IMG/VR virus record: IMGVR_UViG_3300000351_000079
Span: 1 to 59,830 of that record
Direction: 5' to 3' (one strand)
Length of the DNA: 59,830 nt
Source of the DNA: a virus
Lineage: Duplodnaviria > Caudoviricetes
Part shown: one piece after another, positions 29,609 to 39,438 of the stretch
Layout of the letters: every line of letters starts with the position of its first letter
How positions within the stretch are numbered: position 1 is the first letter of the stretch
Program-made: the position numbers and the translations under genes
Notes under the pieces: model-generated
Database searches by the model: none
What the model saw: the letters and a program-made list of their open reading frames with translations, nothing else
Told to the model about the DNA's origin: nothing

Positions 29609-31621
29609 ATCGCAGAAACAGTCAAAGGACTCAATATTAAACTTAGTCTTGATGGTAGAGATTTAGAAAACGAACTTAAAGATATCAAAAAGGATCTCAA
29701 AGAACAAAATAAAGATCTAAAAGCCATCAATGCTAATTTAAGATATGATAGTTCAAATCTTGATTTATGGAAATCAAAACAAGATAAATTAAATAGCATA
29801 TTACAGACAACAAAGAAAAGACTAGATACACAAAATCTAGAACTTGAAAAAGCAAAAAAGGCAGTTCAGATAGGTGACATGAGTCAAGATGAATTTAATA
29901 AGCTCAAACGTAATGTTCAATACACTGAAGCTGAACTTGCTAAACTCAATGGCCAATTAAGTAATACAAATAATAAAATAAAAGAATTAAGCAATGCTAA
30001 GTTTGATAAACTTGGTAAGCTTGGATCAACACTCACAAAATCTGTAACGGTTCCTATCTTAGGAGCCGTTTCTGCTTTAACTGCCTTTTCTATTAAAACT
30101 GCCTATACCGCAGATGAAATTGGTGATACCGCAGAAAAGATAGGATTATCAGCTGAAGCATTTCAAGAGTGGAATCATACCGCAACCATTTTAGGTGTTT
30201 CAACTGAACGCATGGAAAGAGCCTTTGTTAAGGTTAACGGTATCTTAGGTGATATCGCAACTGGTAATGGCGATAAGTTTGCTGATAGTTTAGGTTTAAT
30301 TGGATTAACCGTTGATGATTTAAAAGGTAAAAATGCTGATGAAGCATTCTTAATCATTAGAGATGCTTTAAGTAAAGTGGAAGATGAAGCGGTAAGACTT
30401 GGTGTTGCTAATGACTTATTAAGTGAAAGGGTAGCCGCAGACATTATTCTTGTTTTATCTAAAGAAGCAGAAGTCATAGACGACTTAAGAAATGAAGCTA
30501 GAGAACTAGGTATTGTTACAAATGAACAAGCAGCTCAAGCTGGTGAGTTTACAGATGCACTTGATAGAACCAAACAAGCCTTATCAAGTTTAGCAGTTGA
30601 TATAGCGAGTACATTAATGCCTGTCATTCAAACACTGATTATTAAAGTTCGAGATGAAATGATACCTACTGTGAAAGACTGGATTGATAAATGGAATAAT
30701 TTAGATGCAGGCACTCAAAAAATGATTGCGACACTGATTGGATTAGTCGCTGCTGTTGGACCTGTCCTCATGATTGTTGGTAAGGTTGGTCCGCTTTTAA
30801 ATATTGTTGCCATGACGCTTAAAGGTGTGGGTACAGCGGGGCTTTTTGCAGGTGCAGGTATAAACTTTGCCACCCTTGGTATAGGCGCTCTCATCGCAAT
30901 TTTAGCGCTAGCTTTATTTCAAAGTGAGGAATTTAGAGCGCTTCTAGATAGACTCATGGAAACCTTCATGCAACTCTTACCACCAATCATGATGATCGTT
31001 GATGCTTTGCTCACTGCATTGACACCAATCTTAGATGTGATCATTGATTTAGTTGTGATGTTGGTTGATTTACTCGTACCAATATTAGATGTCATATTAA
31101 TGCCACTGATTATGCAAGTGACCATGTTTGCTGAAATCTTAGAAGCACTAGCACCACTCATTACAACACTGGGCCAAGTCTTACAAGCAATCTTAGTACC
31201 AGCTATAAAAGTGTTAAAGACAGTGCTTGATCCCATTTTAAAAGTTGTTCAAAAAATTATCGAGTTTATTCAAAAGATATTTGAATGGATTGGTGATCTC
31301 CCTAAAAAAATAGGTGATTTTGGTGGTAAAGTTAAAAACGTCTTTGGTAATGTGACAGAAGGTATTAGTAATATAGCAACAAGTGTGACTGATGGTATTA
31401 GTGATTTTGCAGGTAAAGCTGCAGATAAAGTTGGTGGTTTCTTTGGTAAGGTTGGCGGGTTTTTTAGTGATACATTTAACCTAAAAGGGTCCAGCCAGAC
31501 CTCTAATACAACCAACTCATCAACAAGTACTGCAAATACAAATAATATTACGATTAACACAACCTCACCAACGTTTGATATTGATTCAATTAATCAAGCT
31601 TTAGGAGGTAGTGTCATTTGA
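29609..31621 (+). CDS. tape measure protein, 670 aa from a non-canonical ATC start
   Basis: AGGAGGTG RBS then ATC-GCA-GAA (xAETVKGLNIKLSLDG), 90 codons in frame upstream of the tracked ATG; hydrophobic periodic C-terminal repeats. Confidence 0.85.
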   Translation: MAETVKGLNIKLSLDGRDLENELKDIKKDLKEQNKDLKAINANLRYDSSNLDLWKSKQDKLNSILQTTKKRLDTQNLELEKAKKAVQIGDMSQDEFNKLKRNVQYTEAELAKLNGQLSNTNNKIKELSNAKFDKLGKLGSTLTKSVTVPILGAVSALTAFSIKTAYTADEIGDTAEKIGLSAEAFQEWNHTATILGVSTERMERAFVKVNGILGDIATGNGDKFADSLGLIGLTVDDLKGKNADEAFLIIRDALSKVEDEAVRLGVANDLLSERVAADIILVLSKEAEVIDDLRNEARELGIVTNEQAAQAGEFTDALDRTKQALSSLAVDIASTLMPVIQTLIIKVRDEMIPTVKDWIDKWNNLDAGTQKMIATLIGLVAAVGPVLMIVGKVGPLLNIVAMTLKGVGTAGLFAGAGINFATLGIGALIAILALALFQSEEFRALLDRLMETFMQLLPPIMMIVDALLTALTPILDVIIDLVVMLVDLLVPILDVILMPLIMQVTMFAEILEALAPLITTLGQVLQAILVPAIKVLKTVLDPILKVVQKIIEFIQKIFEWIGDLPKKIGDFGGKVKNVFGNVTEGISNIATSVTDGISDFAGKAADKVGGFFGKVGGFFSDTFNLKGSSQTSNTTNSSTSTANTNNITINTTSPTFDIDSINQALGGSVI

Positions 31622-32448
31622 TCAGAGCATTTTATTTAGAAAATGAATATGGTGAACTTTATTACTTTAATCATAAAAATCATACAATTATAACCCAAGC
31701 CAGTGGTCTTGGGTTTTCTTTAGATATTAAGTATTTAGAATACAACAAGTATTTTGCTAAAACAGAGAGCAACTTGCCTTTAACGGATATCACAGAAACA
31801 CTGATTTTCTTAAAAGGATATCTTGGCTATAAAGTATTTGTTGATTATCTATCAAGGTCAAAAGAAGCATTAAAGCTTCATTATGAAACGCCTGCATTTA
31901 AAGCGTACTGTTATGTTGATGTCTTAAGTTTATCAAAGGGTGAACTCGTCGCATCAACCTTGCAAAGTCAAATCGTCTTTAAGAAAGTATCGATGTGGTA
32001 TAAAGAAAAAACATTTGAGATTGTTGCGAATGGCAATCAATCAGGAAAAGTATATCCATACACTTATCCACATCATTATGAAAGTTCCTATCAAGGTGTT
32101 ATCAACATTAATAACCAAGGATTAGATGAAGCACCACTTAATATTGAAGTTCATGGTGCTTTTTATCATCCTGAAGTAGCAATACTAAAAAACGGCTATG
32201 TTATATCAAAGTTGAAGCTCTACGTTGAATCAGATAGTGCCACGTTAAGGATTACATCAATTCCAAGTAAACAAGAAATCACCATGATTGAAAATGGTAC
32301 AGCAACGGATATCTATGGGTTGCAGGATTTTGAAGAAGACAATTTTTTGTTTATCAATCATGGTAACTATGAGATTGAATTTAAACCAGGAGTCGCAACG
32401 GAGTCTTTATGTAAGATTACATTACTAGAAGGCTATATGGGTATCTAA
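31618..32448 (+). CDS. distal tail (Dit) / baseplate protein
   Basis: RAFYLENEYG N-terminus, YPYTYP, NQGLDEAPL; follows TMP. Confidence 0.75.
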   Translation: MIRAFYLENEYGELYYFNHKNHTIITQASGLGFSLDIKYLEYNKYFAKTESNLPLTDITETLIFLKGYLGYKVFVDYLSRSKEALKLHYETPAFKAYCYVDVLSLSKGELVASTLQSQIVFKKVSMWYKEKTFEIVANGNQSGKVYPYTYPHHYESSYQGVININNQGLDEAPLNIEVHGAFYHPEVAILKNGYVISKLKLYVESDSATLRITSIPSKQEITMIENGTATDIYGLQDFEEDNFLFINHGNYEIEFKPGVATESLCKITLLEGYMGI

Positions 32449-32449
32449 A

Positions 32450-33565
32450 ATGAAACTGATATTTTTAGATAGAAAAACTCTGCAATACAAAGATTACGCA
32501 CCCGTTGGAAAAGAGTATGAAATCAATCTTGATATGGTACTGATTCAGCGTTCATCTTTTAAGGCAAATAAAACCAATATAAACACATCGATTGGTGATA
32601 TTGTGATTGCCTCAAATGAAGTATTTTCTTATATCGGTATTTTAGAAAGTATCGAACAAAAAGACGATCATTCCACAATCATTAAATCTCTCGATTTTAG
32701 AGAGATTTTTAATTTGGATATACCAGTATCAAGTTTTACTGGAGACTTAATCGAGTATCTATATCAAGTCATACATGCACACTTTAAGGTGAATCCAGAT
32801 GCCATGCAAAATCTAGATTATTTAACGGTTCAAAAAGAAGCCAGTGTCCATGGCTCCTTAACCTTTGAAGCAGATAAGATTGAAAGCATATCAAAGCTAT
32901 TTGAACTTGTATCAAAAACATATGGCATTAGTTTTCAAACAGAGGTTATTTATGTTAGAGGAAGAATCACAGGTATCTTATTTAAGATTGTTCATGTAAA
33001 AGATGGTCTTGTGATGAAGAGCAACTTTTCATCGATATTAAATGTTGAGACGAACGACTCCTCATCTCAAGTCATTAATAAAGTGATTTTTTATCCTAGA
33101 AGTGATAATGAACAATATAAGAACACAAAAATCTATTATTTATTAACTACAGGAGACATAACAGAAGATGTCAATCACCTCAAAAGGTACAACTCAGTCA
33201 TGGCCAAGTCATTTATCTATGGAGATAAAGAATATGAAACCTTAGAAACAAAAGCAAGAAGTGAAATGATGACCTCTAAGCTTGATCATTACATTTCCTT
33301 TAATTTAGATCTTAATAATAAAGTCTTTAAACCATTTTCAAATTTTCATTTAGGTGATTACATATCATTCATTCATAAACACAAAACCTATGACACAGTG
33401 GTTACAGGCACCCTATTTAAAGACACACTTAAGGTTGCGAAAATTACACTAGGTGAATACCGAGTGAAACTCACGGAAAAGATTCAACTCTTAAGTAAAG
33501 TAAAAACCAATCAAACTAGTAATGTAACGATTACCAATACCAATTTAGATGGAGGTGAATTCTAA
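32450..33565 (+). CDS. tail hub / Tal-like protein
   Basis: Synteny; FHLGDYI C-terminal pattern; no recognisable hydrolase domain. Confidence 0.65.
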   Translation: MKLIFLDRKTLQYKDYAPVGKEYEINLDMVLIQRSSFKANKTNINTSIGDIVIASNEVFSYIGILESIEQKDDHSTIIKSLDFREIFNLDIPVSSFTGDLIEYLYQVIHAHFKVNPDAMQNLDYLTVQKEASVHGSLTFEADKIESISKLFELVSKTYGISFQTEVIYVRGRITGILFKIVHVKDGLVMKSNFSSILNVETNDSSSQVINKVIFYPRSDNEQYKNTKIYYLLTTGDITEDVNHLKRYNSVMAKSFIYGDKEYETLETKARSEMMTSKLDHYISFNLDLNNKVFKPFSNFHLGDYISFIHKHKTYDTVVTGTLFKDTLKVAKITLGEYRVKLTEKIQLLSKVKTNQTSNVTITNTNLDGGEF

Positions 33566-34341
33566 TGGGAATTCAAAAAGTGACTTTTGAAAGTGGCAAT
33601 GTCACAGCGAAAATTGATGCAGACTTATATCATTTTTTCTATTCAAAGGATATCGGTATATTAAAAGGACTTAAAAATGAGTGTCAGGTGACACTTGCTA
33701 ATAATACATTAACTTTTCAAGATGGATATGTTTCAGTATATGGTCGTATTATCTATATTGAAAATCAAACAACAATCGGGATAACACCTGACTCTAATAA
33801 GAGTGGCTATGTCGTTTTAGGGGTTAATACTGCAACGAATGAAGTCAGTCTTTATTTAAAAGAACAAACAAGTGGCTATCCTTCTTTAGTCCTTACTAAC
33901 TTACTTACAACTGAAGGCTTATACGAGTTTGTTTTATGTGCATACACAAAAACGACAACATCAGTATCGATTAATCAAAGTTACACAAGAAAAGTCATCA
34001 TCAGTGATAAAGATAAGATTAGTGAGCTTGAAACAAAACTCGTTGAAAAATACATACCGGTAAGAAAGTCATTAACCAAAGTGTCAAATGGTGTTTATCG
34101 TTTTTATGGGACATCATCTGTGGAACTATCTGAGTCTTTAGTTTATGTCTTAATCAACAATACAACGATTATAAGCTTTCCAGGAGATAGTTTATTTATT
34201 CATGTAGGATCTAATAGAAATATAAGTTACCGTTATGCAGGCGCTGACTATAGTTTAAGTGTTTTATATGAACAAGGTGTCGTTACCTTAAGCTGTGGAA
34301 ATACGACGCATAACATTACATCAGCATATCTAAAAAAATAG
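33565..34341 (+). CDS. baseplate / tail protein
   Basis: DGYVSVYGR, YEFVLCAY pattern of upper-baseplate proteins. Confidence 0.6.
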   Translation: MGIQKVTFESGNVTAKIDADLYHFFYSKDIGILKGLKNECQVTLANNTLTFQDGYVSVYGRIIYIENQTTIGITPDSNKSGYVVLGVNTATNEVSLYLKEQTSGYPSLVLTNLLTTEGLYEFVLCAYTKTTTSVSINQSYTRKVIISDKDKISELETKLVEKYIPVRKSLTKVSNGVYRFYGTSSVELSESLVYVLINNTTIISFPGDSLFIHVGSNRNISYRYAGADYSLSVLYEQGVVTLSCGNTTHNITSAYLKK

Positions 34342-34350
34342 GAGGAAGTT

Positions 34351-35202
34351 ATGGCAACAATACAAATTAAAAGAAGAACCTCTGCAGGAACAGGACCCCT
34401 TGTAGGAACAACTGGGGCAGTGAAAGCTGGGGAGCCACAAGTTGATTTTAATGGGGAACATTTATATATTGCGAAAGCTGATAAAGTCGCATCAAGTTCA
34501 GTCCCACTTGCTGATAGTGATTATTTAAAAATACCCTCTGCAGGTAAGGTTAATGATCAGATTGATACAAAGATTACTGCCCTTGGTCTAGGGTCAGCCG
34601 CAACGAAGAATACAGGAACAGGCAATGGGAACATTCCGATACTTAATTCTAGTGGGAAACTCGCAGATAGTGTGGTTCCTAAAATTGCGATGACAAATAC
34701 CTTTGTGGTTGCAAGTCAAACAGCAATGCTTGGTTTAACGACTGCACAAGAAGGAGATGTTGCAGTAAGAACTGACTTAAATAAGTCATTCATCTTAAAA
34801 GCAGCACCTTATTCAACTCTAGCAAACTGGCAAGAACTCTTAACACCAACGGACTCAGTTACAAGTGTTAATGGATCAACTGGTGCAGTGACTGTAACGT
34901 TAGCTGATTTAGGCGGTGTTGCAGGGTCAACTTATAACTCGCATGTTTCAAGTAATCTTCATTTAACAACAGAGCAAAGAACGAAACTAGCGAATGCGAA
35001 AATATCAGAAATCATTAGTGCAGATGGTATGGCATTAGCATCAAGTGAATCAAATTATGATTCAACAGTCATTGCAAATGCACTTAGATATTTTCCAGTG
35101 ATAGATACAGGGTATACACCTACAAAGATTAAGTATAAACTTGGGATTGATACTTCAAAAGTACTCACACCTTCATCGGTGATTGATGGTGGAACCTATT
35201 AA
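34351..35202 (+). CDS. tail fibre protein with Mtd_N-like N-terminus
   Basis: MATIQIKRR...GE, AQEGDVAVRTD, VTSVNGSTGAV, IDGG end. Confidence 0.7.
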   Translation: MATIQIKRRTSAGTGPLVGTTGAVKAGEPQVDFNGEHLYIAKADKVASSSVPLADSDYLKIPSAGKVNDQIDTKITALGLGSAATKNTGTGNGNIPILNSSGKLADSVVPKIAMTNTFVVASQTAMLGLTTAQEGDVAVRTDLNKSFILKAAPYSTLANWQELLTPTDSVTSVNGSTGAVTVTLADLGGVAGSTYNSHVSSNLHLTTEQRTKLANAKISEIISADGMALASSESNYDSTVIANALRYFPVIDTGYTPTKIKYKLGIDTSKVLTPSSVIDGGTY

Positions 35203-35882
35203 TGGCCATCATCAGAGTCAAAAGAGGAAATACTACTCCAACCACATCAAAACTATCCTACCTTGGTGAACTTGCCTTTGATTATGGGTCAAATGCACTG
35301 TATGCAAGAGGTTCATCCTCGGTTGTAAAAATTGGTGGGGAAATGGAGGTTGTTTATTACTATGAGGGTTATGGTTACACCCATACACTTCAATATAACT
35401 TTGATCCAGACTATATCTACAAAGTACATATCATCTCATCAACTTATGGAAGTTCAGCCGATGTATCTGATACCTATATTTATTATAGAACGAGTGCTTC
35501 ATCAAATTTACAAGGGTCCTATCTTGTTCATCATGTGAATACAGAAGATAGTATTCATACGACAAGAACGGCTAAAGGTTCTACCGTTCAGTATATTGAA
35601 GATAGCTACGTAAGTGGTCCAGTCATTACAAGTGGGATTACAAAGGTTATTGATTTTGAAATCTCTCCAACCTTTAAAACAAGTTATAGTGATGTTGCCC
35701 AGTGGCTAGCATATGGGAAAAGTATCGCCACCTTATCAGGTCAAAGTGATGGCTCGATAAAACTTGCGGACTTTGTCCACTCAGTTCATGGGGATTTAGG
35801 TGCCTTATATATCAACACAGGGTTAAATATAGGATCTCCTGATGCAATCGCAATTACCCTTTATAGAATAAAAAGAAAGTAG
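35202..35882 (+). CDS. tail fibre / receptor-binding protein with Mtd_N-like N-terminus
   Basis: MAIIRVKRG...GELAFD followed by a beta-rich C-terminus. Confidence 0.65.
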   Translation: MAIIRVKRGNTTPTTSKLSYLGELAFDYGSNALYARGSSSVVKIGGEMEVVYYYEGYGYTHTLQYNFDPDYIYKVHIISSTYGSSADVSDTYIYYRTSASSNLQGSYLVHHVNTEDSIHTTRTAKGSTVQYIEDSYVSGPVITSGITKVIDFEISPTFKTSYSDVAQWLAYGKSIATLSGQSDGSIKLADFVHSVHGDLGALYINTGLNIGSPDAIAITLYRIKRK

Positions 35883-35888
35883 GCTATT

Positions 35889-36233
35889 ATGGCAATTATT
35901 AGAGAATTAGAAACAAAGTTTGGTATGAAGGCATCCTATCACAGAATTACAGCCTTTAATATCAGTTATTCAAATAAAAAGATTAGCTTATGTGTCGCAA
36001 CTTATATCTCAAAAAAAGCACGAGCAACCTTTCATCAACCAGTAGAAGAAATCGATATAGAAATCCCATTTGGTGATTTCACCAGTTTCTTAAACGTGAA
36101 TCCAATAGAAAGAGGTTATCTTTGGTTAAAAGAAAACGTCATCGGATTTGAAGATGCTGTTGATGATTTTGATGTCATAGAACCAATCATTGAACCGGTG
36201 ATAGATGATGGACTTAATCCTGACGAAAATTAA
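35889..36233 (+). CDS. hypothetical tail-associated protein
   Basis: G..ASYHRI...YLWLK...FEDAVD; synteny. Confidence 0.55.
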   Translation: MAIIRELETKFGMKASYHRITAFNISYSNKKISLCVATYISKKARATFHQPVEEIDIEIPFGDFTSFLNVNPIERGYLWLKENVIGFEDAVDDFDVIEPIIEPVIDDGLNPDEN

Positions 36234-36831
36234 AGGGATATTTCCTTACCACAAAATCCTACTTGCTTATTACAGCGGATCGATTGCTTATGGGATTAAT
36301 GACGAATATAGTGATACCGATGTGACAGTTGTTTTAGATGATTTTCGGGACAATATTCATTTGAACTTAGGACAAGTTGATTTGTTTGTCTTTTCAAAAG
36401 AAAGGTTTCTAGCAAGACATAACTTTGATAAAAGCATCACAGCTTATCATAGAGCAAGTACTGATACCTTATTAAGTTTAGATAGGACTTTAATCCACAT
36501 GGACCTAGATTTTAAAGCAACAGTAGATAAGCTTTTAGACATTAATCACAAAGCATTTTTAAGAAATTTACTTATAGCTGGACTTGAATATGGTAAGGCA
36601 AGATATGAGATATCGAAATCCTTTAAATCAAATTATCACTTTCTAAGATATCGAGGCATGATTGAACATTTTGAAAAGACAGGTAAATGTGAACTTATCT
36701 GCCCTGAACCCTGGTACACATACATGATGGATTACAAAACCAACTGGGACAACATTAAGGGCAGTCAGTATTACGAACTTATAGAAGAGTCAATTAGATT
36801 TATAGAAAAATACATAGAAGGGATGACATAG
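36205..36831 (+). CDS. Pol-beta-superfamily nucleotidyltransferase-like protein
   Basis: GSIAYG...SDTD motif plus a third Asp in VDLF. Confidence 0.7.
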   Translation: MMDLILTKIKGIFPYHKILLAYYSGSIAYGINDEYSDTDVTVVLDDFRDNIHLNLGQVDLFVFSKERFLARHNFDKSITAYHRASTDTLLSLDRTLIHMDLDFKATVDKLLDINHKAFLRNLLIAGLEYGKARYEISKSFKSNYHFLRYRGMIEHFEKTGKCELICPEPWYTYMMDYKTNWDNIKGSQYYELIEESIRFIEKYIEGMT

Positions 36832-36832
36832 G

Positions 36833-37159
36833 TTGGACTGGGACAATTTAATTACATTTTTTAGAATGGAAAATCTCATCTATTGGATTGTAACTATGGT
36901 TGTAGTCATTCTCACAACCATCAAACAATTCAATAGACAAGACAAAAAGAGTAAGACGAACAATGAAGAGATATTAAATAATCTACAAAAAATCGATCGT
37001 CAGAATGTTAAAATGCTCAACTTACTTGAAATGCACTCTCAGGACATTCGCTCTTTAAAGAAAGATGTTAATGTGCTTGAACATCGTGTTTCAAGATTAG
37101 AAGATTCGCAAGTCAATATTTACAAACGTCTAGGAGGACAAAAAAATGACAATACTTGA
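36833..37159 (+). CDS. holin/haemolysin-like membrane protein
   Basis: Single N-terminal TM segment plus coiled coil; lysis position. Confidence 0.55.
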   Translation: MDWDNLITFFRMENLIYWIVTMVVVILTTIKQFNRQDKKSKTNNEEILNNLQKIDRQNVKMLNLLEMHSQDIRSLKKDVNVLEHRVSRLEDSQVNIYKRLGGQKNDNT

Positions 37160-37640
37160 AATCATATTGTTACTACTTAATATCGTATTAGCATCGCTTT
37201 ATATCACATCAAAACTCAAAGACAATAAAAGCTTAGCTTCTATTGTCAAAGAAGTGAAAGAAGATATTAAACTTTCATCTGAAGCTGTATCAGATCTGGT
37301 ATCAAAAGCCAAAGATATCGTCTTTGATGAAACTGTGCAAAAAACAATTAAAGAATTTATTATGATTGTAGAAGAAAAGAACCAACTGGCCAAAAGCAAA
37401 GGTGAGTCCTATTTAACAGGCGATGATAAAAAACATGCGGTTATTGGAAGATTAAGTGAATGGGTATCTAACTTAACTGGATCAACAGAAAAAGCTGTTC
37501 ACTTTGTAGAAGACAACCAAAGCAAAATAGAATCCATCATTGATGAATACATATCCTTCAGCAATAAAATGCATGGGAAATCAAGCATGTCTGAAGCAGA
37601 AAGAATTATTGCAGAGAAACTACTTAATAACCAATCATAA
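37146..37640 (+). CDS. holin-like membrane protein (LL-H-like)
   Basis: N-terminal TM; TGDDKK...IESIIDE pattern; last late gene. Confidence 0.55.
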   Translation: MTILEIILLLLNIVLASLYITSKLKDNKSLASIVKEVKEDIKLSSEAVSDLVSKAKDIVFDETVQKTIKEFIMIVEEKNQLAKSKGESYLTGDDKKHAVIGRLSEWVSNLTGSTEKAVHFVEDNQSKIESIIDEYISFSNKMHGKSSMSEAERIIAEKLLNNQS

Positions 37641-37646
37641 TAAAAC

Positions 37647-37685
37647 AAGACCATACTTTGGAGAAATCCTGTATGGTCTTTTTTT
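37647..37685 (+). terminator. late operon terminator
   Basis: AAGACCATAC...GTATGGTCTT 10-bp stem plus T-tract. Confidence 0.8.
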
Positions 37686-37738
37686 GTTTGCAAAATCAGT
37701 GTATAATTTAAATAGAGTTAAAAATGGGGAGAAAAAAT

Positions 37739-37960
37739 ATGAGTAAAGCATTATTTATTTTAATAGCGTTTATCATTGGAGAACTTGTAAATGTTATATT
37801 TTTATTGCCGATAATGAATGATTTATATGAACCTTTTATTGATTATGCTTTTGCAGTTAGGTCTTTAGTTTGGGTTTTGATTTATCTAATCTTACCAATG
37901 ATAATTGGTGCCGCAATTGAAGGTGCTGTTATCGTATTTTTAGAGCGGTTCAAAAATTAA
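37739..37960 (+). CDS. small two-TM membrane protein
   Basis: Two hydrophobic segments; TATAAT and GGGGAG RBS upstream. Confidence 0.6.
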   Translation: MSKALFILIAFIIGELVNVIFLLPIMNDLYEPFIDYAFAVRSLVWVLIYLILPMIIGAAIEGAVIVFLERFKN

Positions 37961-38044
37961 TTAGAGTAAATAGCCTTACAAAACTAAACATATGATAAAT
38001 GTTATGATATACTTATCATATTAAGGGCAACAAGGGGGATACAC

Positions 38045-38533
38045 ATGGATAACTACGAATTAGCTATGATGGGCGTTAAGATTGCATCTAAGATATTACA
38101 GATAGACGCGCCAGAGGTGCGTTTTTTTATTGATGAAATTGCGTATGGAAGAAGTATAAATGCAGTCTTCAATCCACGACATTATGCAATAGCATTTAAT
38201 GAGAACTGGATAGAGAGCTTAGAAAACAACTTAGAGATTATGGTCACTTGTTTCCATGAATCAAGACATGCGTTTCAACATAATGTAATTAATGGTTTAT
38301 TTAAGGGAGAAGAGACTGTTACTATAGAAACTATAAAACAATGGAAGCAAGAGTTTGAAAGTTATCATAGTGGCAGTGGTATTCCTTCAAAGGACAGTAA
38401 ATATTTAGTTCAGGACATAGAAATTGATGCAATTGCTTTTGCACATAAAATGATGTTAGAGCATTTTCAAGTTAAGACAATAATACCACACCAAATTAAA
38501 AAGGATGTTGCAAGAAAGTTTGAGAGGAGATAA
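38045..38533 (+). CDS. HExxH zinc-metallopeptidase-like protein
   Basis: CFHESRHAFQ and downstream EIDA third ligand. Confidence 0.7.
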   Translation: MDNYELAMMGVKIASKILQIDAPEVRFFIDEIAYGRSINAVFNPRHYAIAFNENWIESLENNLEIMVTCFHESRHAFQHNVINGLFKGEETVTIETIKQWKQEFESYHSGSGIPSKDSKYLVQDIEIDAIAFAHKMMLEHFQVKTIIPHQIKKDVARKFERR

Positions 38534-38535
38534 GT

Positions 38536-39438
38536 ATGGAAAACGATGTGAAAAGGAATGAAAAGTATCAGTTTAATTCAAGGTTGATTTCTTCAGCCCA
38601 CTTAAATTTTTTCTTTGGGGCAGGAGTAAATGGAAGAGCAATTTGTCAAATGAATGATCTAAAGGAAACAGTGAAGTTGATTGAGGATAAACTTGAGAAA
38701 AAACTAGACAATTTCGAGAAAGACCTGTTATGTCTTTCTGAAGAACATAAGCAAGAAGTGTTGGAAATATTTCTAGATGAACTAGGTGGTAGCATTAATA
38801 AATTTGATATAAACCATGAAGATTTGAATGACTTTTCTAATATGTTAGCTAGCTTTAATAAGTTGATTGTTAACTCGGAAAATAGAACCAAGACAATGAA
38901 ACGGGTTAATATTTATACTACTAATTATGATGATGTAATCGAAAGACTACTTAATAAATTAGGCTATTTATGTAATGTCATTTCATCAAGTAACTTGGAA
39001 AATAAAGATAAATTTTTTGATTTGATAGGTTATGATTATGGAAAAGAAATATTTTTACCAACTTATCTAATTTCAAAAATTCATGGAGATTTAGAAAATC
39101 CAATACTACCTACAAAGAACAAATTTGATGAAACTCTCCAAAGGAAAAGATTTGAGATTCTATTTAGAATGAAGTCACAACTATCAAAAAAGAACTCAAT
39201 TTTATTTGTTATTGGTTATTCTGGAAACGATGAACATCTTAATTCTTTAATTTACGATGCTATTAGTTTTGGATTAACTGTATTTTGGTTTAAATATGAT
39301 AATGATGAGATTATTCCATCACTTCTAGAACATAAGGTAATTACAATTAATCAAGAGGATAATGATAATAAAAAAAATCCTACATTGATATGTAGTGAAA
39401 TGATTGGTGAATTATGGGAAAACTTATTGGAAGAATAG
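38536..39438 (+). CDS. SIR2-like NADase of a Sir2-HerA defence system
   Basis: FFGAG, TTNYD, KIHG, GYSGNDEH. Confidence 0.88.
   Translation: MENDVKRNEKYQFNSRLISSAHLNFFFGAGVNGRAICQMNDLKETVKLIEDKLEKKLDNFEKDLLCLSEEHKQEVLEIFLDELGGSINKFDINHEDLNDFSNMLASFNKLIVNSENRTKTMKRVNIYTTNYDDVIERLLNKLGYLCNVISSSNLENKDKFFDLIGYDYGKEIFLPTYLISKIHGDLENPILPTKNKFDETLQRKRFEILFRMKSQLSKKNSILFVIGYSGNDEHLNSLIYDAISFGLTVFWFKYDNDEIIPSLLEHKVITINQEDNDNKKNPTLICSEMIGELWENLLEE

Noticed and set aside
34351-35882. Diversity-generating retroelement suggested by Mtd_N-like tail proteins
   Set aside because: No reverse transcriptase and no template/variable repeat pair seen in the window
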